64,000 nucleotides of DNA from a virus. The notes under the pieces were generated by a model. It saw only the letters and a program-made list of their open reading frames with translations. It made no database searches and was not told the DNA's origin. Each line of letters begins with the position of its first letter. Positions within the stretch are counted from its first letter, which is position 1. Location of the stretch: the IMG/VR virus record IMGVR_UViG_3300045988_159706; one strand, written 5' to 3'. Positions 35,791-46,606 of this stretch are shown here, piece after piece. A program made the position numbers and the translations under genes.

Positions 35791-38033
35791 TGACAGTTGA
35801 ACAATGGTTAAATAATGACGAATTAGCTATTACTATCTGGAAGAATAAATATAGGTTTGAAGATGAATCACTAGACGATTGGTTCAAAAGAGTTTCTGGA
35901 GGTAATGAAATTGTAGAAGAACAGATCAGAGCTAAAAAATTTATTTTTGGAGGTAGAATCCTTGCTAATAGAGGGTTATCTGATAAAAATAGAAAAATAA
36001 CATATTCAAACTGTTATGTAGTTGCTCCTCCTGAAGATAATCTTGAATCTATTTTTGAGTGTGGGGCAAAGTTAGCAAGAACATTCAGCTACGGGGGAGG
36101 TTGTGGAATTGATATTTCTAATTTGAGACCTTCTGGAGCAAAAGTTAATAATGCTGCAAAAACTACTTCTGGAGCTGTAAGCTTTATGGATTTCTATTCA
36201 TATATTACTGGACTGATTGGTCAGAGTGGTCGTAGGGGAGCACTAATGATTTCTATTTCTTGTGATCATCCAGATCTTGAAGAGTTTATTGAGATTAAGT
36301 CTGACTTAGATAAAGTTACAAAAGCTAATATCTCTGTTAGAGTTAGTGACAAATTTATGGAAGCAGTTGTTAAAGGTGAAACTTTAATATTGAAATTCGT
36401 AACTGATACTGGTGAAACAATTACTAAAGAGGTAGAAGCATATCCTATTTTTAGAAAGCTTGCTCAAATGAATTGGGATTATGCCGAACCTGGTATATTG
36501 TTTTGGGATAGAATAACTAGCTGGAATTTATTATCAAATAATAAGGAATTTTCTTATGCAGGAGTAAATCCCTGTGCTGAAGAACCTCTGCCAGCTGGAG
36601 GGAGTTGTCTTCTTGGAAGCATAAACCTTGCAGAATTTGTTACAAAAGAAAGAAAACTTGACCTTAGTTCCTTAAGAGAAACTATTCAAGTTGCAGTTAT
36701 TGCTTTGAATGAAGTTCTTGATGAGGGTCTTCCTTTACATCCTTTACAAGAACAAAGGGATTCTGTAGCAGAGTGAAGGCAAATTGGCCTTGGTGTTATG
36801 GGTCTGGCTGACATGCTTATTAAATTAAGAGTTAAATATGGTAGTACTACTTCTAGATCCATTTTAGAGTCAATTGGACATGAATTAATTATGACTGCTC
36901 TAGAGACTTCTTCTATTTTAGCTGTCAACTGTGGACCATATCCTAAATTTAATCGTGATTACGTTATACGAACTCCTTTCTTTAAGAATTTAGATTCTGG
37001 GGATATGAATGACTTACGTTTCCAAAGTTTGCATGATGATATATGTAAGTATGGTTTACGCAATTCTCAATTACTTACTTGTGCCCCAACTGGCAGTATT
37101 GCAACTATGTTAGGAGTATCCACAGGTTGCGAACCAATTTTTGCAACTTCATATACACGTAAAACTGAATCATTGGTAAATGAGGAAAAGTATTATAAAG
37201 TATATACCCCAATTATAAAGAAGCTTATTGATGAAGGGTTTTCTGAAGAAACTTTACCCGAGTATGTAGTTACATCAGAACAGATTCCATATAGAGAAAG
37301 AATTAAAGTTCAAGCAACTTTACAGAAGTTTATTGATGCTTCTATTTCTTCTACCATAAATCTTCCAGAGTCAGCTACTATTGATGATGTAGAAACTATT
37401 TATAGATTAGCTTGGGAGGAAGGTTTAAAGGGTGTTACAGTTTATCGTTCTGGATGCAAAAGGGGTGCAGTCTTATCAAAGAATCCCGTAATTAAAGAAT
37501 GCCTAAAACGTCCTGAATCTGTTGAAGCTAAACTAATTAGATTTAAGAATGGTTCTGAAAATTGGATTGCATTTGTAGGTCTCATTGACGGAAGGCCTTA
37601 TGAAATCTTTACTGGAATTAATAACATTGAAGATTTCCCGATTCCTACCTCAATAACTGAAGGTGAAATTATCAAAGTAAAAGACTCATTAGGAAAGCGT
37701 TATGATTTTCAATATACTGATAAGTATGGATATACTAATCGTTTAGGAGGACTTTCTCGCATCTTTAATCAAGAATACTGGAATTATGCTAAATTAATAT
37801 CTGCTTTATTAAGAGGTGGTATTGAATTAGATAAGGTAGTTAAGATTATTGATGGAATGCATTTTGAGTCAGATACTCTAAATACTTGGAAGAATGGTGT
37901 AAAGCGTGCTATTAAAACTTTTATAGTTGATGGAGTTACTTCACATGAAGTTTGCCCAGATTGTGGTGAGCATTTGATATACGAAGGGGGATGTACTATA
38001 TGTAAAAATTGTGGGTTTAGTAAATGTGGATAG
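35790..38033 (+). CDS. nrdJ: Ribonucleotide reductase, class II (adenosylcobalamin-type) with C-terminal zinc ribbon
   Basis: Two pieces share one frame and are joined by TGA 36774-36776 (SVAE-W-RQIGLGVMGLAD). GGGCGIDISNLRPSGA, TSGAVSFM, NPCAEEPLP..GSCLLGSINL, CAPTGSI, SSTINLP and GLKGVTVYRSG. C-terminal CPDCGEHLIYEGGCTICKNCGFSKCG. Confidence 0.8.
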
Positions 38034-38374
38034 ATCCGTACTTTAGACAACAGGGTATTGCCAAGTATAAAGAATTAAAAGATGATGGCAAGTTTGAAGG
38101 GCTAACCAGAGTACAAATTATTAAATTACTACGTAGTGAAACTGGACTTGGTTTAGCAGAATGTTCATCTATCTATAGAGAATTAAATACTATGACTATT
38201 CTATTAGATAAACTAACTGATGATAAAACTGTTATAGGTAATATTCTCACTGGGCTTAAAAAGAAAGGCGGCTATTGCCCATGTAAAATTGGGAAAGAAG
38301 ACGAAAATCTCTGCCCTTGTAAAGAATATCGTGATACAGGACATTGTCATTGTACATTATACAAGAATGCCTAA
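38024..38374 (+). CDS. Ferredoxin-thioredoxin-reductase-catalytic-chain-like CPC protein with an L7/L12-C-like N-domain
   Basis: C-terminal GYCPCK...NLCPCKEYRDTGHCHCTLY matches CPC...CPC...C.C.L of the FTR beta chain. N-terminal LLRSETGLGLAECSSIY resembles the L7/L12 C-terminal helix. Confidence 0.55.
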   Translation: MWIDPYFRQQGIAKYKELKDDGKFEGLTRVQIIKLLRSETGLGLAECSSIYRELNTMTILLDKLTDDKTVIGNILTGLKKKGGYCPCKIGKEDENLCPCKEYRDTGHCHCTLYKNA

Positions 38375-38558
38375 ATATACATTACACGTTCCTGTTTATG
38401 GATCGTTAGATCTTGTGATTACAGCAGAGAACGAACAAGAAGTACTAGAGAGGTACTTAGAAGAAAGAGATAACTTATTAAAGTTTAATGATGGAAAACT
38501 GCAAGATGACTTAGATATATCATATGTAGTTCAAATTAATGATAAGACACAATGTTAA
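38367..38558 (+). CDS. Small hypothetical protein
   Basis: Start moved to the ATG that overlaps the stop of the previous gene (MPKYTLHVPVYG...). The upstream part of track ORF 38289 overlaps the FTR-like gene. Confidence 0.45.
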   Translation: MPKYTLHVPVYGSLDLVITAENEQEVLERYLEERDNLLKFNDGKLQDDLDISYVVQINDKTQC

Positions 38559-38749
38559 AAATTATTATCCTTATCTTTTTAGGGTTAGAAATTCTTTCAC
38601 GTGTAATAGCGTTAGGAAATGATGACCTTAGAAATAAAATGGCAATGATGCTGGAAGATACTGTAAAAGATTTCAGACTAAATGGTTCTAAAACTAAAAT
38701 GAACCTTGCAGTATGGATATTATTCTTTATTGCAGTTCTTTTATGCTAG
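38552..38749 (+). CDS. Small membrane protein
   Basis: 65 aa with hydrophobic N- and C-terminal spans. Confidence 0.45.
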   Translation: MLKIIILIFLGLEILSRVIALGNDDLRNKMAMMLEDTVKDFRLNGSKTKMNLAVWILFFIAVLLC

Positions 38750-39252
38750 TAAATATAAAGAAATTAGTTCCTGAAGCAGTAATACCTACCTATGCTAAGG
38801 AGGGTGATGCTGGAATGGATTTAGTTGCTACTTCAGTTGATCATAGTAATGAGCATTACATTGAATATGGAACTGGGTTAGCTGTTGAAATCCCTGAAGG
38901 CTATGTTGGTTTAATCTTTCCTAGAAGTTCTAATAGTAAAAAAGATTTGCAGCTTTGTAATTCAGTAGGTGTAATAGACTCTGGATATAGAGGAGAAATC
39001 AAATTACGTTATCGAAGAATTATTAACCCTACTCCCAAAAGAAATTTTGTAGTAACTGATGTAGAATTTCAAGAGGAATTAGAGAGTAAGGTACCTATAT
39101 TACGTATAAAGGCTGATTTTTCTTGCTATGGTGTTGGAGATAAAGTAGGACAAATTATAATTATGCCAATTCCATTAATTAGTTTTAATGAGGTTCAGAA
39201 ATTGTCTGAGACTGTTAGAGGCGATGGTGGATTTGGTTCAACAGGAAAATAA
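38743..39252 (+). CDS. dut: dUTP diphosphatase
   Basis: AKEGDAGMDL, PRSS, GVIDSGYRGE and RGDGGFGSTG dUTPase motifs appear in order. Start set at the internal ATG (MLVNIKKL). Confidence 0.85.
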   Translation: MLVNIKKLVPEAVIPTYAKEGDAGMDLVATSVDHSNEHYIEYGTGLAVEIPEGYVGLIFPRSSNSKKDLQLCNSVGVIDSGYRGEIKLRYRRIINPTPKRNFVVTDVEFQEELESKVPILRIKADFSCYGVGDKVGQIIIMPIPLISFNEVQKLSETVRGDGGFGSTGK

Positions 39253-40700
39253 TGACTACAAAAGAAATAACACAAACTCTACGAGATGATTTATTGCAAA
39301 CTATCTATAATCTACAGGATAAATTTCTTAATTTTGAACTTGGAGATGAACAAGCAGATGTATTAGTTTCAATCTTTACCTTTTTACGTAAGAAAGGGTT
39401 TGATGAGTTAGTTCTTTCTGGCCCTGGAGGAAGTGGAAAATCTGCTATAACCAAACTAATCGTTCTGTATCTTGAAAAACAATGTGTTCCTTACATTTTA
39501 GCAACTCCAACAAATAAAGCTTGTGGAGTACTTCATAATTATACAGAGCGTGACGTTATAACACTTCATAAACTTCTAACTTTAAAACCTACTATTGACA
39601 TAATTAATCTTGACTTTAAAGACCTTCAATGAAGTACTGATTCGATCTCTTCAGGCATTCCATTGAATGGGGTTTTGATTATTGATGAGTGTTCTATGAT
39701 TAACTCTGATTTATACGAGTTTATCAAAGAGAAAGCTAAGATTAGGCAATGTAAAGTAATTTATACTGGAGATGATAAACAGTTATATCCAGTTAAAGAA
39801 AAGAAACTATCTAAACCTTTTCAATGCAATCATCAATATTATTTAAGTAAAGTTTATAGACAACAGGAGAATAATCCTCTATTGGATATTTTAAACACAC
39901 TTAGAGATCATTCAATTAAACAATTTTATGAAATTCGTTCTCCTGAAGGTAATCTTGTAATATTCCATCATTGGAGAAAGTTTGTATCTTCTGCCTCACA
40001 CCTATTTAAAAAATCAGTAGATTTAGGTAATCCAGGGATTGTGAAATTACTTGCTTATACAAATAAGCGAGTAGAAGCCTTTAATCATATTCTTCGAGAT
40101 GCCATATTTCAGAATGAATCTGAATATAATGTTGGAGAAATTTTAATGGGTTATGATACTTGTAGTTACAAAGACAAACGAGTATTCAAATCTATGGAAT
40201 TTGAGATTATAAACTCTGCAGAATACATCGTGACGAATATAGTTCCTGGGCATTGTCAATTGGGGTATATTACATATAAAGGATATTATTTGACCCTTCG
40301 TCCAATTAACACAGAATATTCAGAGGATGAAATATTTATTATTTCAAGAGATACTAATGAGAAAGACTTAACTGCTTTAGCTGCATATATAGAACTAATG
40401 CGTTTAGATGCAATTCAAGCGCGTTCAAAAATAGTAGCATCAAAATTGTGGAAAGAGTATTTTCGAGTTATGGAATCTTTTACTACTCCTGTTGATTTGG
40501 TTTATGGAAATAGAACTGTAAGAAAGAAGACTCTTGATTATGGTTATTGTTTATCTGTTCATAAATCTCAGGGATCAAACTATGATAACATATTAATAGA
40601 TATGGGTAACTTGTTTACTTGTAAGAATAAAGAAGAGTTAAGACAGTTACAATATGTAGCTTTGTCACGAACTCGTAATAATATTAGTATGCTTATTTAA
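39252..40700 (+). CDS. Superfamily 1 helicase (Dda/RecD-like)
   Basis: Two pieces share one frame and are joined by TGA 39630-39632. LSGPGGSGKS (Walker A), LIIDECSMI (Walker B), YTGDDKQL, SVHKSQGS and YVALSRTR. Confidence 0.8.
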
Positions 40701-41867
40701 ATGCATGATATATTAATTTCTAGAGATTCTAGAGGAAAAATTAGAGTTGTAGATATTTCATATGAATGAAATGATACAACCCATAGTTTTTTAATTATTA
40801 GAAAAACATCTCAATGAGGAGGTAAAGTAACTAACCAACCAATCATTGAAGTTAAAAGAGGGAAGGCGCAACGTACAGCTGCAGAACAAGTTAAATTGGA
40901 GTATAACAGTAATGTTAAGAAATACCTTGATAAAGGTTATAAGAACATTCGTGATTTTAAAATAGAGTCATTAGATGATGTGGATGATCCAGGCAAATTA
41001 CTTGGGGATATAACTACTGATCAATCTGGTGCACCTAAGCCAATGTTAGCTAAAAGTTTTGATGGTGTAGCTACCTCAACATTTGAACATGAGTTTTATG
41101 GCTCAACAAAAATTGACGGAACACGATGCCTTATGCATTGAAATGGTTCCGAAGTAACTACATCCTCAAGAGGAGGAAACAACTATGATGTTGCTGCTAA
41201 TTATATTAGGAAAGATCCTAAAGTAATGAAGTGGCTTAAAGAACATCCTGACATATGACTGGATGGAGAATTATACGTACATGGATTACCTTTGTCTTAT
41301 ATCTCTGGTATTGTTAGACTTCAAACTTTGGATGAAAAACATAAACAGTTAAAGTATTATGTTTATGATTTAGCTATCCCTGATGTAAAATTTAAGGATA
41401 GATTAAAGATTTTAAAGGATTTTGAGAAAGCTGTTTCTGATTCTGACAAAATTGTAATGGTTAAACATGTAAAAGTATCTGGATGGCTAAATATGAAAGC
41501 TCTTCATGATCAATATGTTAATGATGGTTGGGAAGGTTTAGTAATTAGAAATCCTGATAAAGAATATAAGTTTGGAACACGAGACAATCGTATGATCAAA
41601 CTTAAAATGTTTGAAGATCATGAATATAAAATTCTAGATCTAGTAGATGGCCTCAGAGATGAGGATTTATGTTTCTTAATGGAAACTAAAGAAGGATATC
41701 AATTCAAGGCTAAGCCTATGGGAGATAGAGCTTTAAAACAATGATATCGTGATCACATTGAAGAATTAAAAGGTCAAATGGGTACTGTAAAACATTTTGG
41801 AATGACTAAAACAAATACTCCAGTACCTAATCTCCCTGTATTTAAAGCAGTTCGAAATTATGAATAA
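40701..41867 (+). CDS. ATP-dependent DNA ligase
   Basis: ATG at 40701. Five in-frame TGA join four pieces in frame 0. STKIDGTRCLMH-W-NG (motif I KxDG), W-LDGELYVHG (motif III) and GWEGLVIRNPD (motif IV). TAA at 41865-41867. Confidence 0.75.
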
Positions 41868-42432
41868 AAATTTAGAAAATATTATTAATCAACTAATTGA
41901 TTATTACAAGGAAGTAAATGATCTAAAAGAATCAGGAATAGATATATCTAAATTAGCTGCTCACAAAGTATTATATAATTTATATACTCAAATGCTAATT
42001 GATTCTGTTGGATTAAGTAGAGCTTTAGCAATTCAAAGATATGCAGAATATCCTACATGTTCTATAGAAGACTTTAATATTTATCTTAATGATCAATATC
42101 CAGAAAGGAAAATAGTAGATCGTCCTGATGTAAAAGAGTTTGAAGAGGATGCTAAAGAAAAGTTTGTCAGAGAACGAATTGAATCTGGAGATTATATACG
42201 TGAATCAGGCTCGGGACAGGTTGTTAATTCCGTTACAGGAAATATCATGGAGTCTGATATACTGGAGAAACTATCTGAAGCAACAAAGGATGAGAAAGTT
42301 GTTAAAGATGTATGTCAAAAACTTCCTGAATATTATATAAATGGGAAGAAAGTAGCTAAAGAAGCATATGATGAAGCTATGCTTAAAGTAGATAAAATTA
42401 TTGAAAAATTATTTAAAATAATCGATGAATAA
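41860..42432 (+). CDS. Hypothetical protein
   Basis: 190-aa ORF overlapping both neighbours by a few nt. Confidence 0.55.
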   Translation: MNKNLENIINQLIDYYKEVNDLKESGIDISKLAAHKVLYNLYTQMLIDSVGLSRALAIQRYAEYPTCSIEDFNIYLNDQYPERKIVDRPDVKEFEEDAKEKFVRERIESGDYIRESGSGQVVNSVTGNIMESDILEKLSEATKDEKVVKDVCQKLPEYYINGKKVAKEAYDEAMLKVDKIIEKLFKIIDE

Positions 42433-42841
42433 CATTTCTTTTATTGATTTTGTAAATTCAAATATTGAAAAGTATATGAAAGAACAAAATCACAAAATGC
42501 TTATTGCATTTAGAAACATCAAATCTGAGTATGTTTATATGAAAGAGAAATCTGGAGAAACTGATACTGAGATTATTAAAAAGATGTTTAATAAACGAAA
42601 GGAAACTTGTGAGATTTACAAGAATAAGAACCTGGAACTCTTTGAAGCTGAAAATCGAGAGATGGTTATTCTTCATCCCTTCCTTCCTGTAAGTGTTCCC
42701 AAGAATGTCATTCTACAATACCTTAATAGGCTTTCTATTACAAAAGACAAGAAAAACTTTAAAGCTTTTCAAGATGCTTGTATGGAAGAATTTGGGGAAA
42801 AAGTTGAGTCTTCGATTATCTTAGAACACATAAATTCGTAA
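42425..42841 (+). CDS. GatB/YqeY-domain protein
   Basis: YMKEQNHKMLIAFRNIKSEY...EIIKKMFNKRKETCEIYKNKNLELFEAENREMVILHPFLP fits the YqeY pattern (amK..d...l..lR.i.s........vl.k..kqr.es.e.y......dla..e..Ei..l..yLP). Confidence 0.6.
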   Translation: MNNISFIDFVNSNIEKYMKEQNHKMLIAFRNIKSEYVYMKEKSGETDTEIIKKMFNKRKETCEIYKNKNLELFEAENREMVILHPFLPVSVPKNVILQYLNRLSITKDKKNFKAFQDACMEEFGEKVESSIILEHINS

Positions 42842-42849
42842 TTTTCATA

Positions 42850-42927
42850 CCTCAAATTTTGATTAAATTATTATTTTGAAGGGGTAGTTCCAATTAAAAT
42901 TATAATCGAAATTTGAGGCTTATTTTT
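42850..42927 (+). terminator. Long-range inverted repeat plus T tract (terminator or regulatory hairpin)
   Basis: CCTCAAATTTTGATTA (42850-42865) and TAATCGAAATTTGAGG (42903-42918) match at 15/16 positions around a 37-nt loop, followed by CTTATTTTT. Confidence 0.4.
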
Positions 42928-42933
42928 AATATT

Positions 42934-43539
42934 ATGTCACTATACACAGATTTACAAAGTTGTAAGGTAGAATCAGATGTAGCTATCGTTTACAATAATT
43001 TATTCAAGTCACAGTTTGGAATTACTCCTGAACAGAAAAATAACTGTGATTCATACTTCTATTTGGGGGGGGGAATCCCTGTTTTAGTGGAATTCAAATA
43101 TAATGAAAACTTTAATAATAGAGTTAGCTTAGTTAAGGTTTTTATTCAAGTTTTATTTTACTTAAAATCTTTTAAGGAACCACCTTTGGTTACAATTATT
43201 GCTGATTTAAATGAATTTATTATAATTAATAATTCAGTATTGTTTGACTATCTAGAAGAAGATCTAGATTGGAGCGTAAATCCCTCTATTGCTCCTAAAT
43301 GTAATCAGGGTTTAATAGATAAGATGCTATTAGATTCTAATCTAATGAAAACGATTGTATACCCAATTAAAGAGACTACTGCTGATGAAGAGCTTTCCTC
43401 TTTAATTTTGGCAAAAAGTAAGGAATCAATTATCTATTATATTTATGATTGTGTAAACAAATTTAAAAGTTCTAAAGCTAAAGGGCTCGATAAACAGATC
43501 TCAAAGCTATTTAAGAATCTAAGTATATATTGTAAGTAA
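42934..43539 (+). CDS. Hypothetical protein (possible PD-(D/E)xK fold)
   Basis: Start set at the ATG (MSLYTDLQ). CDSYFYLGGGIPVLVEFKYNEN fits D...ExK weakly. Confidence 0.45.
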   Translation: MSLYTDLQSCKVESDVAIVYNNLFKSQFGITPEQKNNCDSYFYLGGGIPVLVEFKYNENFNNRVSLVKVFIQVLFYLKSFKEPPLVTIIADLNEFIIINNSVLFDYLEEDLDWSVNPSIAPKCNQGLIDKMLLDSNLMKTIVYPIKETTADEELSSLILAKSKESIIYYIYDCVNKFKSSKAKGLDKQISKLFKNLSIYCK

Positions 43540-43542
43540 ATT

Positions 43543-44191
43543 ATGTTAAAAATAATATTTAATAAGGAGGATTTAGGGTGTCGCAAGGTGTTTTTCACCA
43601 GCGACACTCATTAGCTACTTTCGTCATGGTAACATAATTAAGTATTGTGATCGTCCATTTAATAGTATTCAAGAAATGGATCATGCATTGATTCAAAACT
43701 GGAATAAAGTGGTTAGTGAGGATGATATAGTTTTTCATTTGGGTGATTTTGCTTTTGCAGATAAAAGTAAATGGCGCCAAATAGCTAATTCTCTTAATGG
43801 GACAAAATATCTCGTTCAAGGTAATCATGATAGGACAGATGATATTCCAACTGAATGTTTTAAAATGATTCGAGACATGTTGCAAATTGCTATTTATGAT
43901 GAGGAGTTAGAAGATTATTCCACCTTCATTATGAGTCACTATCCACTGGCTACATGGGCAGGAATTAGTCGAAGTATATGCAACTTACATGGGCACATTC
44001 ATAGCACGCCTGATTTAAATGGAACTGGATTTGACATTGTAATTGCTAAAAACGCACCATGGAATCAGTACGATGTAGGAGTAGACAGAAATAATTTTAC
44101 TCCAGTTAGCTATGAAGATTTGAAAACTATCTTTACAAAACGAATGCTTTATGGAAATAAATCAATTAAGGGTTCACGAAAGAGTGATTAA
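43543..44191 (+). CDS. Calcineurin-like metallophosphoesterase whose first metal-binding motif lies in a different frame (+1 shift needed at TAG 43612-43614)
   Basis: Frame 1 from ATG 43543 gives MLKIIFNKEDLGCRKVFFTSDTH, then TAG. The +1 frame from 43613 gives SYFRHGNIIKYCDRPFNSIQEMDHALIQNWNKV...HLGDFAF...GNHD...GHIH. Together they form a complete MPE motif set. Confidence 0.55.
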
Positions 44192-44330
44192 CTTTCTTTA
44201 TAGAAATTTTGAACAAGGGGTGTTCAGAGTTGATGAAGAAGGGTACGAATATGTGGATAAAAAATATATTAATTTATATGATTCATTGGTATCTAAAATT
44301 TGGGCAACCGAATCTCTAATATGGATTTAG
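44151..44330 (+). CDS. Small hypothetical protein (59 aa)
   Basis: MEINQLRVHERVINFLYRNFEQGVFRVDEEGYEYVDKKY... overlaps the MPE 3' end. TAG stop. Below the track cutoff. Confidence 0.3.
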   Translation: MEINQLRVHERVINFLYRNFEQGVFRVDEEGYEYVDKKYINLYDSLVSKIWATESLIWI

Positions 44331-44746
44331 ATATTTATGTAGAGAAATTGTATCAGGCTTGAATTAAATATAAAGGAGTTAGAATTCTTGTAGACTATGA
44401 TGATACAATTAAACCGTATAATACAGCTTCTGAAGCTCTTTGTAAAGACATAATTAATACTTTAATTGAAGCCCAAGAACTAGGAGCTACGGTAGTTCTA
44501 TGGACCTGTAGATCTGGGACCCGTTTAAAGGAAGCTGTAAATTATTGTAAATCTGTAGGATTAGAATTTACTGATGTCAATCCTGTAGAACCTTTCTTAC
44601 CAGGGTATTCTATGAAAGCCTATGGTAATATACTACTTGATGATAAAGCTGGATTAGAACAAGCTTTAACTACATTAAAATTAGCATTATACAAATATAA
44701 AAAGTTCGTTTATGAAATTAACGAGAAGCAAAGATTGCAATCCTAA
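44321..44746 (+). CDS. HAD-superfamily phosphatase-like protein (141 aa)
   Basis: ATG at 44321 with one TGA read through (YQA-W-IKYK). ILVDYDDT is a DxDxT motif. TAA at 44744-44746 overlaps the RNA ligase start region. Confidence 0.5.
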
Positions 44747-46091
44747 CTACCTTGCTAAGATTGTACAAATTGATTCATTTAGACCTCACCCTAATGCTGA
44801 GCGTCTAAAGTTAGCAACTGTTGATGGATATATAATTTCCACATCAATTGATTCTGCAGAGGGAATCTATGTATATTTTCCTGTTGAATGTGTTATCAAT
44901 TCCGACTTTTTGAAGGTTAATAATCTTTACAGAAAAGCAGACCTTAATCTTGATCCTACTAAACAAGGATTTTTTGAAGAGTCTGGTCGAGTAAAATGTA
45001 TTAAACTAAGAGGACTTGCCTCAGAAGGGCTTATCATGCCTATCTATGAGTTGTGTAAATTTTCTGGAGAAGGAATTGCAGAACCTATAGATTCTGTTGA
45101 AATGTCAAAATTAGTAGGAACAGAATTTGATACTGTAAATGATAAATTGTTTGTCTGGAAATATGTGATTCCTACTAAAGCTTCTAGTGGAGGAATTAAT
45201 GGCTCAGCTAAAGAAAAGAAGAAAATTCTTAATATAGTTGATGATCAATTCCATTTTCACATCGATACAGAACAGTTACAGAAAAATATTCATAAGGTTC
45301 AGCCAACTGATATTATTAATATCTCTTGGAAAGAGCATGGAACAAGTTTGATTCTATGTAACCTACTTACTAAGAAAAATCTCTCTTTAAAGGAAAAGAT
45401 TGCCAAATTCTTTGGAATTCCTGTATCTGAAAATGAATATAAGAAATTCTGTTCATCTAGAAAAGTTATCAAAAATCCTGAACTAAATCCTAGCATGACC
45501 AAGGGATATTACGATTGTGATATTTGGAATCTTGCCTTCGAAGTATTAAAGGATTACTTATCTAAGGGGCTTTCTATCTACGCAGAAATTGTAGGATATA
45601 TGCCTACAGGATCTATGATTCAATCTGGATATGATTATCAATGTATCTATGATCCTAAAACTTATGAGTATTCAAAAATGACTCCTAAACAAATGTATGA
45701 TGCAAAACTGTTTGACATTATTGTTTACAGAATTACATATACTAATGTAGAAGGAAGAGTTTTTGAATTCTCTACTCAACAAATGAAGACCTTTTGTGAA
45801 AAGTATGGAATTCATTGTATTAAAGAGCTCTACTATGGAACAGCACAACAGCTATTTCCTGAGTTGAATCCCGATGAGCATTGGCATGAAAATTTCTTGC
45901 AAGCATTGAGAGATAAATACTTAGAGAGAGAGTCTGTTCTTTGTAACAATAAAGTTCCCGAAGAAGGAATTGTTCTTCGTAGAGAAGTAAGTGAAATTGA
46001 TGTTTATAAACTTAAGTCAGTAGCATTCCTTGAGAGAGAAACTAAGATGCTTGATAAGGGAGAAGCTGACATTGAATCAGGACAAGAATAA
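44712..46091 (+). CDS. RNA ligase (DRB0094/Rnl5-like, N-terminal OB-like domain)
   Basis: N-terminal LAKIVQIDSFRPHPNAERLKLATVDGYIIST is OB-like. ISWKEHGTSL is the lysine nucleotidyltransferase motif I (K.hGt). 459 aa, no TGA. Confidence 0.65.
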   Translation: MKLTRSKDCNPNYLAKIVQIDSFRPHPNAERLKLATVDGYIISTSIDSAEGIYVYFPVECVINSDFLKVNNLYRKADLNLDPTKQGFFEESGRVKCIKLRGLASEGLIMPIYELCKFSGEGIAEPIDSVEMSKLVGTEFDTVNDKLFVWKYVIPTKASSGGINGSAKEKKKILNIVDDQFHFHIDTEQLQKNIHKVQPTDIINISWKEHGTSLILCNLLTKKNLSLKEKIAKFFGIPVSENEYKKFCSSRKVIKNPELNPSMTKGYYDCDIWNLAFEVLKDYLSKGLSIYAEIVGYMPTGSMIQSGYDYQCIYDPKTYEYSKMTPKQMYDAKLFDIIVYRITYTNVEGRVFEFSTQQMKTFCEKYGIHCIKELYYGTAQQLFPELNPDEHWHENFLQALRDKYLERESVLCNNKVPEEGIVLRREVSEIDVYKLKSVAFLERETKMLDKGEADIESGQE

Positions 46092-46606
46092 TGAAGTCAT
46101 TTTCTAAAGAAGAAATTCAGACACTCAAAGAAAACAAGGAAGTTTTATATTTTTATAAGCTTCCTTGTTCTTTATTTGATTCTGGATTTCAATATATTAT
46201 TGTTACTGATGCTCCAGAACCTTCTGAAAAATATGATAATGTAAAATATCTTTCTTCTCAGTGTTGGTTTCAAAGAATGCAAAATGGGAGTTTACTCCCA
46301 ATAGTTTGCACATCACTTGGAAAATCCTATAAGATAAAAGAATATGTATCTGTCTATGTAAAGCCAGATATTATAAAGCTTAGAAAATTATTAGAAAACA
46401 GTTTATTAGGAGCTTGTAAATATTCTTGAAGTTTATCTGATGATGAAATTATACAAGAATCTTTATGGGGAATCCAAGTAATTAAAGAGGGAAGAGTGAA
46501 TAGAATTGATGTATTTAAATTAATTTATAAGGTGACTGAAGCTTTTAGTGAATTTTTAGAAGTATCTGCGCCGATGTATCGAATGTGGAGGGAGAATAAT
46601 GAGTAA
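46091..46606 (+). CDS. Hypothetical protein (171 aa)
   Basis: ORF 46091-46429 continues through TGA (CKYS-W-SLSDDE) to TAA at 46604-46606, overlapping the Pnkp start. Confidence 0.55.
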
